Assembly (NCBI GenBank): GCA_043228905.1
Contig: JBHGNT010000022.1
Location: 5,270,001 to 5,334,000, forward strand
Origin: Azolla caroliniana
Taxonomy: Eukaryota > Plantae > Polypodiophyta
Direction of reading: 5' to 3'
DNA length: 64,000 nucleotides
The notes under the pieces are model-generated. The model worked only from the letters and a program-made list of their open reading frames with translations. It did no database searches and was not told the DNA's origin. The position numbers and the translations under genes are program-made. How positions within the stretch are numbered: position 1 is the first letter of the stretch; each line of letters begins with the position of its first letter. This document shows, in pieces, positions 36,425-49,700 of the stretch.

Positions 36425-39400
36425 TGTTAAGAGTCAAACTCAACTTCCCATAGATAGGTTTCACACTAGCTCATGGACATGTTGCGCTAGCTTTGTAAAT
36501 AGTAGAAAGGGCACTTGCCCTAGCTTAGTTGGTATATAAACCAATGCATTGTAACTTAGTTACTGTTGGATGTTTTATGTTTGATGTATTTTTTGTTAAT
36601 ATACAGTCTCTCTCTCTCTCTCTGTTGCCTCGCACACACACAGACTCTCAATCTTCTTCCGCTGCATTGCAATCACTCTTGCTTCCCATTCTGTTACATG
36701 GTATCAGAGCGAGGTTGCCTGATTAAGTCTATTCGACTGTGTTGTGCTGCACGCCGACGATCAACAGAGAAGAAATCACCATGAATACTCAAATGGGAAG
36801 CGCTCTTCCTACCGAGAAGCTCGATAGAACGAACTTTGCATCTTGGGAATACAAGATGCATCAATACCTTGTCAGACAAGGCTATTGGAGCTACATCGAA
36901 GGAGCTCACAAATCACAACCCAACCCCACACACGCCAACTATCACGCTTGGTAGCAGGCTACAAGCCATGTGTTGTATTGCCTTGCATCATGTGTTCATG
37001 ATCATATGCTTGGCTACATTCGAGAGGCAAAAACGCCGAAGCAAGCATGGGAAAACCTCAAGAAGATTTTCACAACCAATACGGCCGCACAAAAGCTCCA
37101 ACTTCGACAAGAGCTGAACAAACTTCAACAAAGGGACATGTCAATCGGCAACTACACCTTAAAGATCAAGGAGTTATGCGATGCCCTTGGATCGATCAAT
37201 GTTAGCATTGACGATGAAGAAATGGTGTAGATATGCCTCGGTGGCTTGGCACCGCGATTTGGCGCAATAAGATCGGTCGTTCTCGCGAGAGAGAATCCTC
37301 CCTCCTTTTTTGATCTCCAATCATTGTTGCTAGTTGAAGAGAATCACGTGTGTCAAAGGAACAACGTGAATGACAGACAAATGCTATATTCGAACTTCGA
37401 TGGAGGAAGAGGACAAAGCCGCGGAAGGAGAGGTCGATTCGGCCAAGGCCGACACAACCAAGAGCGTAACTCCCACCAATGACAAGCGGACAGAAACAGC
37501 CCCAGAGAGTTTGGCGGAAGGGGGAGTCATCACGCCGGACCAAGCAACCGTAGGAACCCAATTGAGTGCGGGTATTGCGGAAAACCCGGCCACTACGAAG
37601 AGGAGTGTCAGAAGAAGAAGCGTGAGCAAGGCCGACAACGAACAAATTACGCCACGAACTCCGACTACGGAGACCGCAGTGGAATGTTCATAATGAAGCA
37701 CGAAGCGCACTCAATGTTCGCACTTGGGTCAACTACCAATTCTACTCCGAACAGCGTATGGTTTGACGATTCGGGAGCATTCAATCACATGAAGTCCCAT
37801 GAAGATTGGTTTCGGGAACGACGGAAGCCCGAATGTCCCGGATATGTCGAAACAAGAGATGACACAACTCACCCAATACAGCAAATCGAGAACATCCCAT
37901 TCGGAAACAACAACAAACAGACCTACCTCAAGAACGTGCTGCATGTCCCCACTATTACGAAAAACCTGGTTTCGGTTGGCCAGATCGTCGAACAAGGAAT
38001 GCAAGTACGCTTCAATAACGATGGCTGCTTCATCGAAAAAGGCGATCAATTCATAGCTCACGACCGTCGTGAAGGCCGTATGTTCATCCTCGAATCAAGC
38101 GAGGTAAAGTCGGCCATGTTTGCAAAGGGCCAGAAAGTCGAAACCAACTTGAAATTATGGCACAAGAGAATCGGCCACATCAATCTCCAAAAGCTCTAGA
38201 ACATGCAATCGAAAGGAGTCGTAATTGGACTCCCAAACTTTACGGCAAAGGAGATTACAGGCGTATGCAAAGCATGTCAGTTCGGAAAACAACGTCGTCA
38301 CCCATTCCCTAAAGAGCGGAATGTGAGAAAAGGAATCTTGGATGTCGTACATTCAGATTGTGGGGACCAGCCCAGACAGCAATATTCGACAGATGCCGAT
38401 ACTCTGTCACATTCATCGACGACTTCACCAAGAACACCTGGATCTATCCGATAAAGCAGAAGAGTGAAGTGTTTAGGCACTTCCAGACATTCAAAGCCAA
38501 AGTCGAAAAAACTACGGGTCGGCATGTACGCTGTCTTCGATCAGATGGAGGCAAAAAATATTTTTCGGATGAATTTTCGGCATATCTCCGAAAAGAAGGA
38601 ATCCGACGAGAGTTCTCATGTTGACACACGCCTCAACAAAATGGCGTAGTAGAGCGTAAAAATCACCATGTAGTAGAAGTTGCACGAGCCATGATGAACG
38701 AGAAGAATCTGCCGAAATCATATTGGGCATATATCTCATGAACAGGTGCACAACCTCGGGAGTACACGATATAACTCCGCATGAGAAATTCTTTGAAAAG
38801 AAGCCGGACTTGTCACATGTCCTCATTTTCGGTTCTATCGCCTATGTACATATTCCCGACAATACACGGAAAAAGCTTGACCCAAAGTCGGACAAATGTA
38901 TCCTCGTAGGATACTCACTCGAACATAAGGGGTACAAATGCTACAACCCATCTAACCGTGAGGTTCGAACAAGTCGAGACGTAGTCTTCAACGAATACGC
39001 ATCCTAGTGCGCACCAGAGAATACTTCCACTCCAACCCCGGTCGACGTGGATGCCACTGAAATAGAAATAGAAGCTAAGGATCGTCTCACACAGATGTTA
39101 GAAGATAGCCCAATTACGAAACGTCTGAGTGGGCCATCAGAGCCGCCGAGCGATGAAAGCACATCTCGGCTGAGTCCGAAGCTCGACAAAGGGAAGGTGA
39201 AAATGCGGGAATATGAAGATCAGGAAGAGACCGAGATGCTTCACTCTCTTGACAGTGAATTTGAAGATCTTGACATCCGCATAGATGGAGCGAAGAAAGT
39301 CATACTCCCCACAGATCGAGAGCTACGTCGATCCATGCGTGAAAAGAACCCTGTAAACCGCTACGGCTACGACGAGTACATGGCGTATCACTACGCTTTT

Positions 39401-41283
39401 CTGATGAAAGTAGCGTCAGTACGGGAACTGGAAATGCTTTCCGAAGCCGCAAGGGATCTGCGATGGGTCGAAGGGATGAATGAGGAGAAGGAAGCTTTAT
39501 GCAAAAACGAGACATGGGATCTCATTCCTCTTCCCCCGAACAAGAAAGTGATTGGTTGCAGATGGATATACAAAGTAAAATACAATGCCAACGGATACAT
39601 AAATCGCTTCAAAGCACGGCTCATTGCGAAAGGCTACGCGCAAACGCATGGCATAGACTACGAAGAAACCTTTGCCCCAATGGCAAAGATGACAACTATA
39701 CGGACAGTAATTGCACTCGCCGCATCGAAGGGATGGCACCTCCACCAGATGAACGTGAAAAATGCTTTCCTCCAAGGAGAGTTAGAAGAAGAGGTGTACA
39801 TGATACAACCACCCGGATTTGAATCACGTAAACATCCGCACTCCGTATGCCTACACAAGAAGCAACTCTACAGCCTCAAACAAGCACCGTGTGCTTGGCA
39901 TTCGAAGATCACGCAGTACCTTCATCAAGTCGGATTTCAGATGTCAAAATCCGATACTTCTTTGTACATCCGAAATGAGTCTGATAGCCCGATCATCATC
40001 ATCCTATACGTGGATGACTTGGTCATCGGAGGAAAGGATCTCACCGAGATCAACAAAGTCAAAACACTTCTCTCCGGCAGATTTGAAATGAAAGACCTAC
40101 ATGAACTCCATTACTTCCTAGGCATTGAAGCAATTCAAACACCAATCGGGATAATGATCTTACTACATCCTCAACTTACTCTACAAGTTCGGAATGACCG
40201 AGTGCAAGCCTATGTCTACCCCTCTCGATTGTAACCTAAAGATTGATGCCAATTCCAGAACCGTTGAGAGTGAGCCAACTCAGTATCAACAACTGATCGG
40301 TAGTTTGATCTATCTAACCATTACGTGACCCGACCTCAGTTATTCGGTCGGCCTACTTAGCCAATTCATGTAGAATCCACAAAACCTTCATCTTGATTGT
40401 GCTAAGAGGATACTATGGTATGTCAGTATGACAATGGCTTACGGCATCATGTATAAGTCGAACATGACTATTCGACTCGAAGGGTACACCGACACGGACT
40501 GGGCAAGCTATAAAACGGATAGATGATCCACCTCCGGATTTGTCTTCTCCCTCAGTAGTAGAGCAATCTCTTGGAGCAGCAAGAAACAGTCGACAGTTGC
40601 ACTATCGAGCACAGAAGCCGAATATAGGGGCGCAGCAGTCACTGCATGCGAAGCCGTATGGCTTAAACGCATACTAAAGGATCTAGGCGTTCCCATCAAG
40701 GATCTAATTTGTCTCTACTGCAACAACATGAGCAGTATCTACCTAGCGCAGAACCCCATATTCCACGCACAGACTAAACATATCAAAGTGCATTACCACT
40801 TCATCCGCTAGCGCGTACAAGCCGGTGAGATCAATCTACAACATACCAATACACACCTCCAAGTTGCTGATATATTTACGAAGGCCTTAGGAGTCGACAA
40901 GCTCGGGCAATTTGCATCGGACCTTGGTCTCACGACATCTACATTGCCGAACTTGAGGGGGAGTACAGGTACAGGCGACATGGAAACAATATGCAACACA
41001 TACACAATTGATCGAGTATGCGAGTACGCAACACAGCTGACTAGACAAGTCGAAGTACGAACCGAACAAGCTTCTCGACGGATAGAAGTTGTGTTCGAAG
41101 GGGCGTGTTGAGAGTCGAACTCAACTTCCTATAGATAGGTTTCACACTAGCTCATGGACATGTTGGGCTAGCTTTGTAAATAGTAGAAAGGGCACTTGCC
41201 CTAGCTCTTAGTTGGTATAGAAACCAACACATTGTAACTTAGTTACTGTTGGATGTTTTATGTTTGATGTATTTTTGGTTAAT

Positions 41284-41334
<51 letters not shown>

Positions 41335-41409
41335 CCTCACACACACACACACTCTCTCTCAATCTTCTTCCGTTTCATTGCAATCACTCTTGCCTCCCAT
41401 TCCGTTACA
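36425..41409 (+). mobile_element. full-length but inactivated Ty1/copia (related to the 14885 family)
   Basis: LTRs 36425-36698 and 41106-41409; TSD ATTAG at 36420-36424 and 41410-41414; PBS-Met 36699-36710; PPT ~41097-41105; gag-AP-INT-RT(LYVDD)-RH with many stops. Confidence 0.93.
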
Positions 41410-43823
41410 ATTAGGATTTTGATTGCAAAGGTTAACTATCAAATTGCTAGTAAAACCTAATTAGTAATTCTCATAATCAAGATTTCTTCCCCCCTTATGG
41501 CCCACATTTAGGGGTTTATATAGATCATACCATGTTGAGATGGTGAGCACATGGCACCACTTGGGCGTCATATTTTTGCCTAAAAATATAGAGTAGATTC
41601 AATATATTTGTGCATGCACTTGCTTTATCTAGTTCTTGTTCTAGGCATGAATACTTTTTTAATCTATAAAAATGTTTACATTCTTCAACTTCCACATGTG
41701 CTCATTTGCTCAATTGTTCTATCTTCAACTAATACGCTCTTGCTCAAGACCATGGCTAATGTTGTTTTTATGATGATTCACATTGTGTGCCTACGTTATC
41801 ATGACAATGTACGATTCCATGAAGAATCATATAATGAAGAAAAGTTGATAAGGCAAGTTTATAAGAGTTGTAGATCCAATATTGCAAACAAATGCTTGAA
41901 GGCACTTTGTGGGATATGCCTTTTACTCATATAATCCCCAGATTATAAAAATCTTTACAATGAAATCTATAATGTGAAGTTTGTGAGAATCTTGAACTCT
42001 ATTGATTTTTATCATTTTAAGTCACACCAAATTATTAGTGCGTTGACTCCTATGCTACAAGTTTGTGGAAATCATCAAAACACATTCATATTACATTGTT
42101 GACATGATGAGTTGAGGGTTGAAATATCTTTAATTTGAGTTTTATAATTCCAATGTTATACAAATCCTGAATATGCTCTACATAAATTTAGAACGTTATT
42201 CGATGGTAATTGGAATATTCTCTTTTGACTTTGACAACACTAAGTTTATGCAAACCTTTAAGCATTAAATATGACTTCAATAATCGAACTTTGTGCAAAA
42301 CATTTACATGTTTACACCTCTTTGTTGTGAGATGCCATCAGGAGAATTAAGATATTCTCTATTTGAGTTTTATAATCCACGTTTGTGCAAAACATGTAGG
42401 TCACCTTTGTCACATGGGATCATGAGAGTTGACATATTTAATATTTGAGCTTTACATTCCAAGTTTGCACAAATCTTTAATATATTCATTTGAGTTTTGT
42501 AACATGAAGTGTGAGAATTGATCTCTCTTTTATTTGGCATCTACAATCTCATGTTTTTGTGAATCTTTAGCATGCTCATATACGTTTTGCAACATGATGT
42601 GTTGATCATATTTTACTCGAGTTTGTGGAAATTGTTACCCTGTGAAAGATTTGCATAGACATGGATTAGTTGTCCTTTTTATGATAACAACATCTTGTGT
42701 GATGCGAATGAGATCGCACAACATAATGTATTGTTCATGATATTGTGTTCATATATTGTTTTCAGTGGATTACAATAGTTTCCTCGTTTACACTAAATGA
42801 CATGAGATGAGAAATAATTTAGTTCATGTTTTTTAAAGAAGTGTTGATGTTGAGGGAGATTAGAACAGACACCCAACTTCACAAGTGCAAAGTAATAATT
42901 TAATAGGAGAAACTCTAAAAATACAATTGGTGTTTGCTTTAGTTTCACAAATGCCCCATTAGTTTTAAAATGACCCCAAATGCCCTTTGTAATTTGCCTT
43001 TCAAGCAATTTTATTTGCAATTTAAGTAAACAAACATTGAATTTATCCCCTTTTACCTTAATGATATGTGTTATATCAACAATTAAATGGTCAATTCATC
43101 CCCTTTGTCTCTCTTTTGAGTGTTGACCATGAGATTTAGGGAGAATAATGGGGAATGGGACTTTACGAGATGTTTGACTTCAAAACCAAACTCATGGTTC
43201 AAAAACATCACACTACTAAAGGGCAAACATGTTCCCATTGAAAACCATTACTTTTTGTTGGTTCAATACAATTGAAGTATGACACATGTGCATGCTATGT
43301 GATGGCACACATTTTGTAGGGCCAATGTGGGGATTCACAACAGAAATTCAACATAAGAGAAATTGTTGCAATAACAAGACAAATTGCTCTGAATTATTCT
43401 CATCGGCATAAGGAACTTAAATGTCAAAAAGGAGCCATGATTTCCATAATATAATAGGATTAAATGTCAAAAAGGAGCCATGATTTTCATAAGATAATAG
43501 GATTTCAAGCAGCAAGTTTGGAGATGCATTATAGAAATTAATGTTAGACCACCTAATTTTCTAATATACATAAAATGCCAAAGAGTTTTTATGAATAAAA
43601 TGACCAGTGTGCTCTCTTTTTCTTTTTCTTTTTTTCCTAAAAAAACCTCCTTCCATTAGTTATAAAATTTTAGAGATGAGAGTATTATATACAAATCCCT
43701 CTAATCTCCTCACACGTCTCTCTCTCTTGTCTCACATTTTCTAGTACGACGCATCTATATTTATATTAGTAATGACTTATATATTCATTCATACATATAC
43801 ATATATTGTTATACATATGTATA

Positions 43824-43829
<6 letters not shown>

Positions 43830-43884
<55 letters not shown>
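43830..43884. repeat. (TG)n microsatellite
   Basis: Direct reading. Confidence 0.95.
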
Positions 43885-43894
<10 letters not shown>

Positions 43895-45271
43895 ATGTGT
43901 GTGAGTGTGTTCCTCTCTCAACGCAATCATTTACTCTCTAGTAGATAGGCCTAACGACTTTCAAAATAATAAAATTCTAAACATGATTTATTACATTGGA
44001 TCAATATAAATACATTATGAAAGTTCTCTCTAAAGACCCAAAACGTGGACTCGATTTTCTTTATGGGATCAATTTGAACATTTTCCTTTGTGCCACCCAT
44101 CATATGCCTTTCTCACCTGATTAATATAGTGACCACTGACAACAATGATTCTCTCTTAGAAATCTCATATGAAGTCATCTATCCCAATTCCCTAACATTG
44201 TTATTAGGCTTCTTCACACATGGGGATTACACATCCAAGCATTTGTAGACATGCGTTGTTGTCTTGCTCAAATGACTATAATTGTCAAACAAACCCCTAT
44301 TGGTTCAATTGTTTGAATCCTTGAAAATTAAACCAATATCACTTTTGCATACCGTACTTTCTCTTGTCGAAGATATCATTGATTTGTCAACATCACACCC
44401 CTTGACTATGAACTTTCAGGCAACAATATACACAATAAGACCTAAAACATATTCTCAACACAATATTTTAAGCCACACAATCATCACTTCTCATGGCCTA
44501 GCTTTTACAAACGGGGACTACACATTGGGATATAACCTACGACTTCATCCACAAGTACATTTGTCATGTTGGGACTTTTTCTCACAATCTTGTTCACACT
44601 CAATAAGATTTGGACCAACATATTAAGCTACCAATTTTGTCTCACTAATGTATAGTTAACAATGACATCTCTTTTGTTGGCCAAATGGCTATCATGTTTG
44701 CTTAGTTTTCCAATTTTTGGAATAAAAATGCTCCATAAGTTCCAAAAGTGAGATTGAAGATGCCAACGAAAAACGAAGTTGCTAAGAAAGCCCCAAATTT
44801 CTATAGAAGATAAAGGGACAAAGTAAGCAAATAGTAACAATAAATCAATTAACATTTTGTTGGTTTTGATTTGAGGTGTGTGAAAGCCCTAACATCCACT
44901 AGAGTGAGTTGTGTTGGCTTTCTTTGACAATGCAAGGTCTATTCTTGATATTTATAATAAATTTCTAGGGGCTCATAACATCATTCAAATCTATCCATTT
45001 GATCTATTCTTTATACAAGATCCAAAGTTCTATGTGGAACCTTATTAATTGGATTGCACTCTTCCATGCTTGCCTGCCTCAAATGCTCAACGTTTTAATT
45101 TTCGATTTTCAATGTGTGATGACACTTTTCTCGTTTAATTCAATGACCCTCCAATCCCCACTTTTTGTTGACTAGGAAAGGAGGGACTGTCATTCCTTTC
45201 CTTTGATAATTAGCGCAAATCTAACCAAGATAACACCTAGATACCATGCTAGACACTCCCATAGATTGTAG

Positions 45272-45422
45272 GAGTTCTTTCATGTGGCGTTTCAAGCTTG
45301 ATCAAGTGCCAACTTTGACTTATTGAATTCACATGTAGAGAGAGTTATTACCATTGTAAGAAAAACATTGACATTGAGAAGTTGTTGGATGGTGGAAGCA
45401 AAATGGGATGGACGGTGTACAC

Positions 45423-45463
<41 letters not shown>

Positions 45464-45633
45464 AGGGAGTTGCTTGCAAATAGAGTTCTTTCATGTGACG
45501 TTTCAAGCTTGATCAAGTGCCAACTTTGACTTATTGAATTCACATGTAGAGAGAGTTATTACCATTGTAAGAAAAACATTGACATTGAGAAGTTATTGGA
45601 TGGTGGAAGCAAAATGGGATGGACGGTGTACAC

Positions 45634-45670
<37 letters not shown>

Positions 45671-45689
45671 AGGGAGTTGCTTGCAAATA
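45272..45689 (+). repeat. 211-bp tandem duplication containing (GA)n
   Basis: GAGTTCTTTCATGTG..GCTTGCAAATA twice; duplicated ORFs at 45323 and 45534. Confidence 0.92.
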
Positions 45690-46138
45690 AAATCATGTTC
45701 AAGTCATAGCGTGTGGGGTCAAGGGAAAGAGTGGCACATTGAATATAATTGATGAATTAGTGTATCATCTAAAATTTGTGAAACTTCCAAGTGTATTCTA
45801 CTGTTAGCTTTCACAACATGACCCGCAGACATATACTTGCTCCCATTATATTGGACCATCCATTGTAATCGTGCTTTCAACCCTCTCCTGTGGATTGATA
45901 AGTCCAAATCTACTACGTTTCCTCGAGTGTGTGTACTCATACCCAATGTATATTTCTCGGGTCCTTCACCTTGGTGTATGCATTTTGGAGGAAGGGGGAA
46001 ATATAAAGGTGCCAAAAATGGAGGAATTATCGAATGATCCCCAAAACAAAAAGGCGCTAGAAGAATGTTTGTTTTTGTCCCTTCTTAGTTTTTTTTAGAG
46101 AAATAACCAAAAGAAGGAGATGAGCAAACAAAGACATA

Positions 46139-46147
46139 CTATATAAA
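46139..46147 (+). promoter_or_regulatory. candidate TATA box of the HAK gene
   Basis: CTATATAAA ~130 bp upstream of the ATG; position only. Confidence 0.45.
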
Positions 46148-46269
46148 GAGATTTGCCTCAAAAACACACCTTCAGCTCCAATCTTATATTGAGCCGCCCC
46201 CCCCCCCCCCCCCCCTGCCCCTGTTTCACTAAATTTGCATACCATTCCTCATCATTTTTAGCTAAGTTC

Positions 46270-46649
46270 ATGGAATCCTCAAGAAGCATAAAGTTCAATT
46301 CCACCACCACCACCATTGCCAATGGCAATTATGATGATGATAATGATGAGGACCAAATCTGGCGCCCTTCATCTCCATCACCATCTTCGCCACCGCCACC
46401 GCCACCCCCATCATCACCGCCACCGAGGAATCTTCAAAGATTTGATTCTCTTGACGTGGAGTCGAATCACGATTCTCTTTTTCATGGGAGAGCCAGCAAG
46501 GTGATTAACACTTAATTTGCATTTCAATTACATACAGATACATGTATCTGTATATGTATATGGGTATGGGTGTGTGTGTCATATGTATGTGTATGTGTAT
46601 GTGTATATACATATTCATAAAATACACTATTTTTTTCCAATTCCCAAAA

Positions 46650-46739
<90 letters not shown>

Positions 46740-49700
46740 TGCTATTTGAGGAGTTCCAAAAACTCAGTGGGAATAATTTTTGGAAAACTTGAAGATCTGA
46801 GTTTTAAGGGATTGAAAAACTGTTTTTTGTTCCATCGAGATTGATTTTAAACAACTTTTGTTATTGCATGGAAATGGAATACAAACACAGGTTCTCTCAA
46901 CATCATTGATACTAAAATTGGCATTTGAGAGCATTGGGGTGATATATGGTGATGTGGGCACATCCCCCCTCTATGTCTACAGTAGCACTTTCCCCGACCC
47001 CGACCACCTCCCGGGAGAGAGAGATATCCTGGGAGCACTCTGCCTCATCATCTACACCCTCACACTAGTGCCTCTCATCAAATATGTGCTCATCGTCCTC
47101 AATGCCAACGATAAGGGAAACGGTAATTCATATACAATATCAAGCTCCCCCCCCCATTTCAATGCCAGTTTAATTGTGCTAATTCAGCTCATTCACCTAT
47201 GTGGTTTGCTAATCGCTTGTACTTTTCGCTAGTAATTTTTGTAAATATTTCGCTTCATCGAGCAACTACATGATGATCCATAATTGTGCTGGTTCTCTAG
47301 TACTAATTGCGTTTATTTTCACACAAAGGCTGAAGACCATAGTAGTCGAGCTCTGCCTCACTTCCACAAGCTCGCCATAGTACAGAATGTCAAGGGCAAA
47401 TGTGCTCACAAACACGTAACTAGATCTCAAATGAATTGAAGAGTAGCGACACTTTAAGACTTTTTCTAGCACGTTTTTAACAAGGCATAGAAAAAACACT
47501 TTTTACCAAGGGTATACACTTTATCTTGTATTCATGAAAAGTCTACACATGGAGTTTTCCAAAAAAGAGGCCTTGACTGCACTTTAAGTGACTTGGCCCC
47601 CCAAAAATGTTACAATATGTATGTATGTATATATGTATGTATATGCATATGTATGTATGTATGTATGTATGTATGATGAGGGAATGCGAAGCTTGTACAT
47701 GCAGGCAAGAATGGGGGGAACATGAGAGAAAGTGGGTGCCTTCCCACATGATCTTGTGCTTAGACCACCATTACCTTTGCCTTGCATTTTACACACAGCT
47801 TTTGACCACCACAATAGGAAAACATGAGGTGAAAGAGTCTCTTTGACTCGCAGAGCCCATGATTCCTTCATCTAGGCGCATAATGTGCCTAGCTAGGATG
47901 AGATTTTTTGCGTAGTCTCAACATGGTGATTGGGTCAGACCTCCGCAGTCAATACTTAGGCTAGGTATGAGGGACCTCACATAAAAGTTTGGTCCACAAT
48001 TCACTATCCACCACCATAATAGAGGAAACTTGGTTATGTCACTCAACTAACACTTGTCCCCATCATCTATCGACATGCACAACCTCATAAAGTTTAACAA
48101 TCTTTGAGGCAAACTGGATTCTTTTTTCCCACACGGGCCAAATGTCTAAAACTTGTGTGAATTTTGACCGTCTTAAGGTGGTAGCTTTGCACTCTACTCG
48201 CTCATATGTCGGCATGCTAAGGTAAGTCGACTCCAGAACCAACAAGTTGAAGATCAAGCATTGTCTGGGTATAGACTTCCAGGAGTTTCTGAGACGAATG
48301 GGTCAAGGAGTCGACGAGAACTTGCTGCGAAAATAAAGGCGACATTAGAAGGAAGCACAATCGCCAAGCAAGGTTTGCTAGTGATGACACTACTTGCTAC
48401 TTGTGCAGTCATTGGAGATGGGGTTTTGACACCAGCTATATCAGGTGAGATGCTTTTTCTTATCAAGAATCAAGCGCTATTAATTTATACGAGCCTTAAA
48501 TCTAACATTTGAGAAATTTTGTATTAATTTTGCAGTAATATCAGCAGTCAATGGAATTCAAATCAAGGATCCGAACTTGACAACTAGTAAGTTGAGCTTG
48601 TTGTGGTAACCATCTTCTTACATGACTGGTATATATACAGCGTTTTAATCCGAACTAAATATACATACCCAACTGATGAAATCCCATATGATGACAAATG
48701 AACTAATCAGTTGTACTATAATAAATTTGCAGATCATGTGGTTCTCATTTCCATTGCTATCCTCGTTTCACTGTTCAGTATCCAAAGGTTTGGTACGGAG
48801 AAGGTGTCCTACATGTTTGCCCCATGTGTCACTGTTTGGTTTGCTTTCATTGCCTCCATCGGCCTTTACAACATCTTCAAATATGATGTGAGCATATTAC
48901 GTGCATTCAATCCCTACTACATCATTGACTATTTCCAGCGAAATGGAAAACGCGGCTGGTTGTCATTGGGTGGAATTGTGCTTGCCATAACAGGTTGGTT
49001 CGGAATGGCCTCTATGAATCGGGAATTAGTCAATAAATTTACCGACCAATGTTCATGTGGTTATTGAAGCTTGCTTGATGGCATGGGCTTAACTTGATTT
49101 AATCAAAATGCAGGCACTGAAGCCATGTTTGCGGACTTGGGGCACTTTTCGATGCCGTCCGTTCGAGTAAGTTATCTATTCATTGCACAGAATAACTGAC
49201 AATTTTCGAACTATAATTTCGCAATTCGAACCTAAGTTCATCTCGCGACAGTGTGGAACACTTGTTTGTCATGTGAAGAACATGAACACATGTTATAATG
49301 TATGCACCATCTTTAAGAGCCATACCATTTGGTTTTGGATGAATTGTTTGTAGCTAGCGTTTGTGAGCATGGTGTACCCTTCCCTCTTGGCTGCCTACAT
49401 TGGTCAAGGGGCTTACCTCCTCCAAAATCCAGAGCATGTTAGCCAAACATTTTACAAGTCTATTCCAGGTAAGTAATCTACAGAATACATTCAATCTCTA
49501 ATAATAATAATAATAATAATAAAACTTTCGGTAGTTTGGGTCTTTTAAAGCTATATTAAGTTGTGTTAATGTTGTCTTCATACTGCAGAACCTGTATTTT
49601 GGCCAATGTTTGTAGTAGCAACTCTAGCTGCCATCATTGCAAGCCAGGCTATGATATCTGCTACGTTCTCCATCATCGAGCAATCGCTCGCACTTGGTTG

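Noticed and set aside
43417-43502. Short local duplications (~43 bp here; ~90 and ~54 bp at 52454-52817)
   Set aside because: Ordinary slippage duplications with no further structure.
41410-45270. Possible host genes in the AT-rich spacer (ORFs 41608, 44282, 44628)
   Set aside because: No recognisable domains or splice-consistent exon chain.
46505-46844. CVCV/ERER/HTHT ORFs (also 52049-52374)
   Set aside because: Microsatellite translations.
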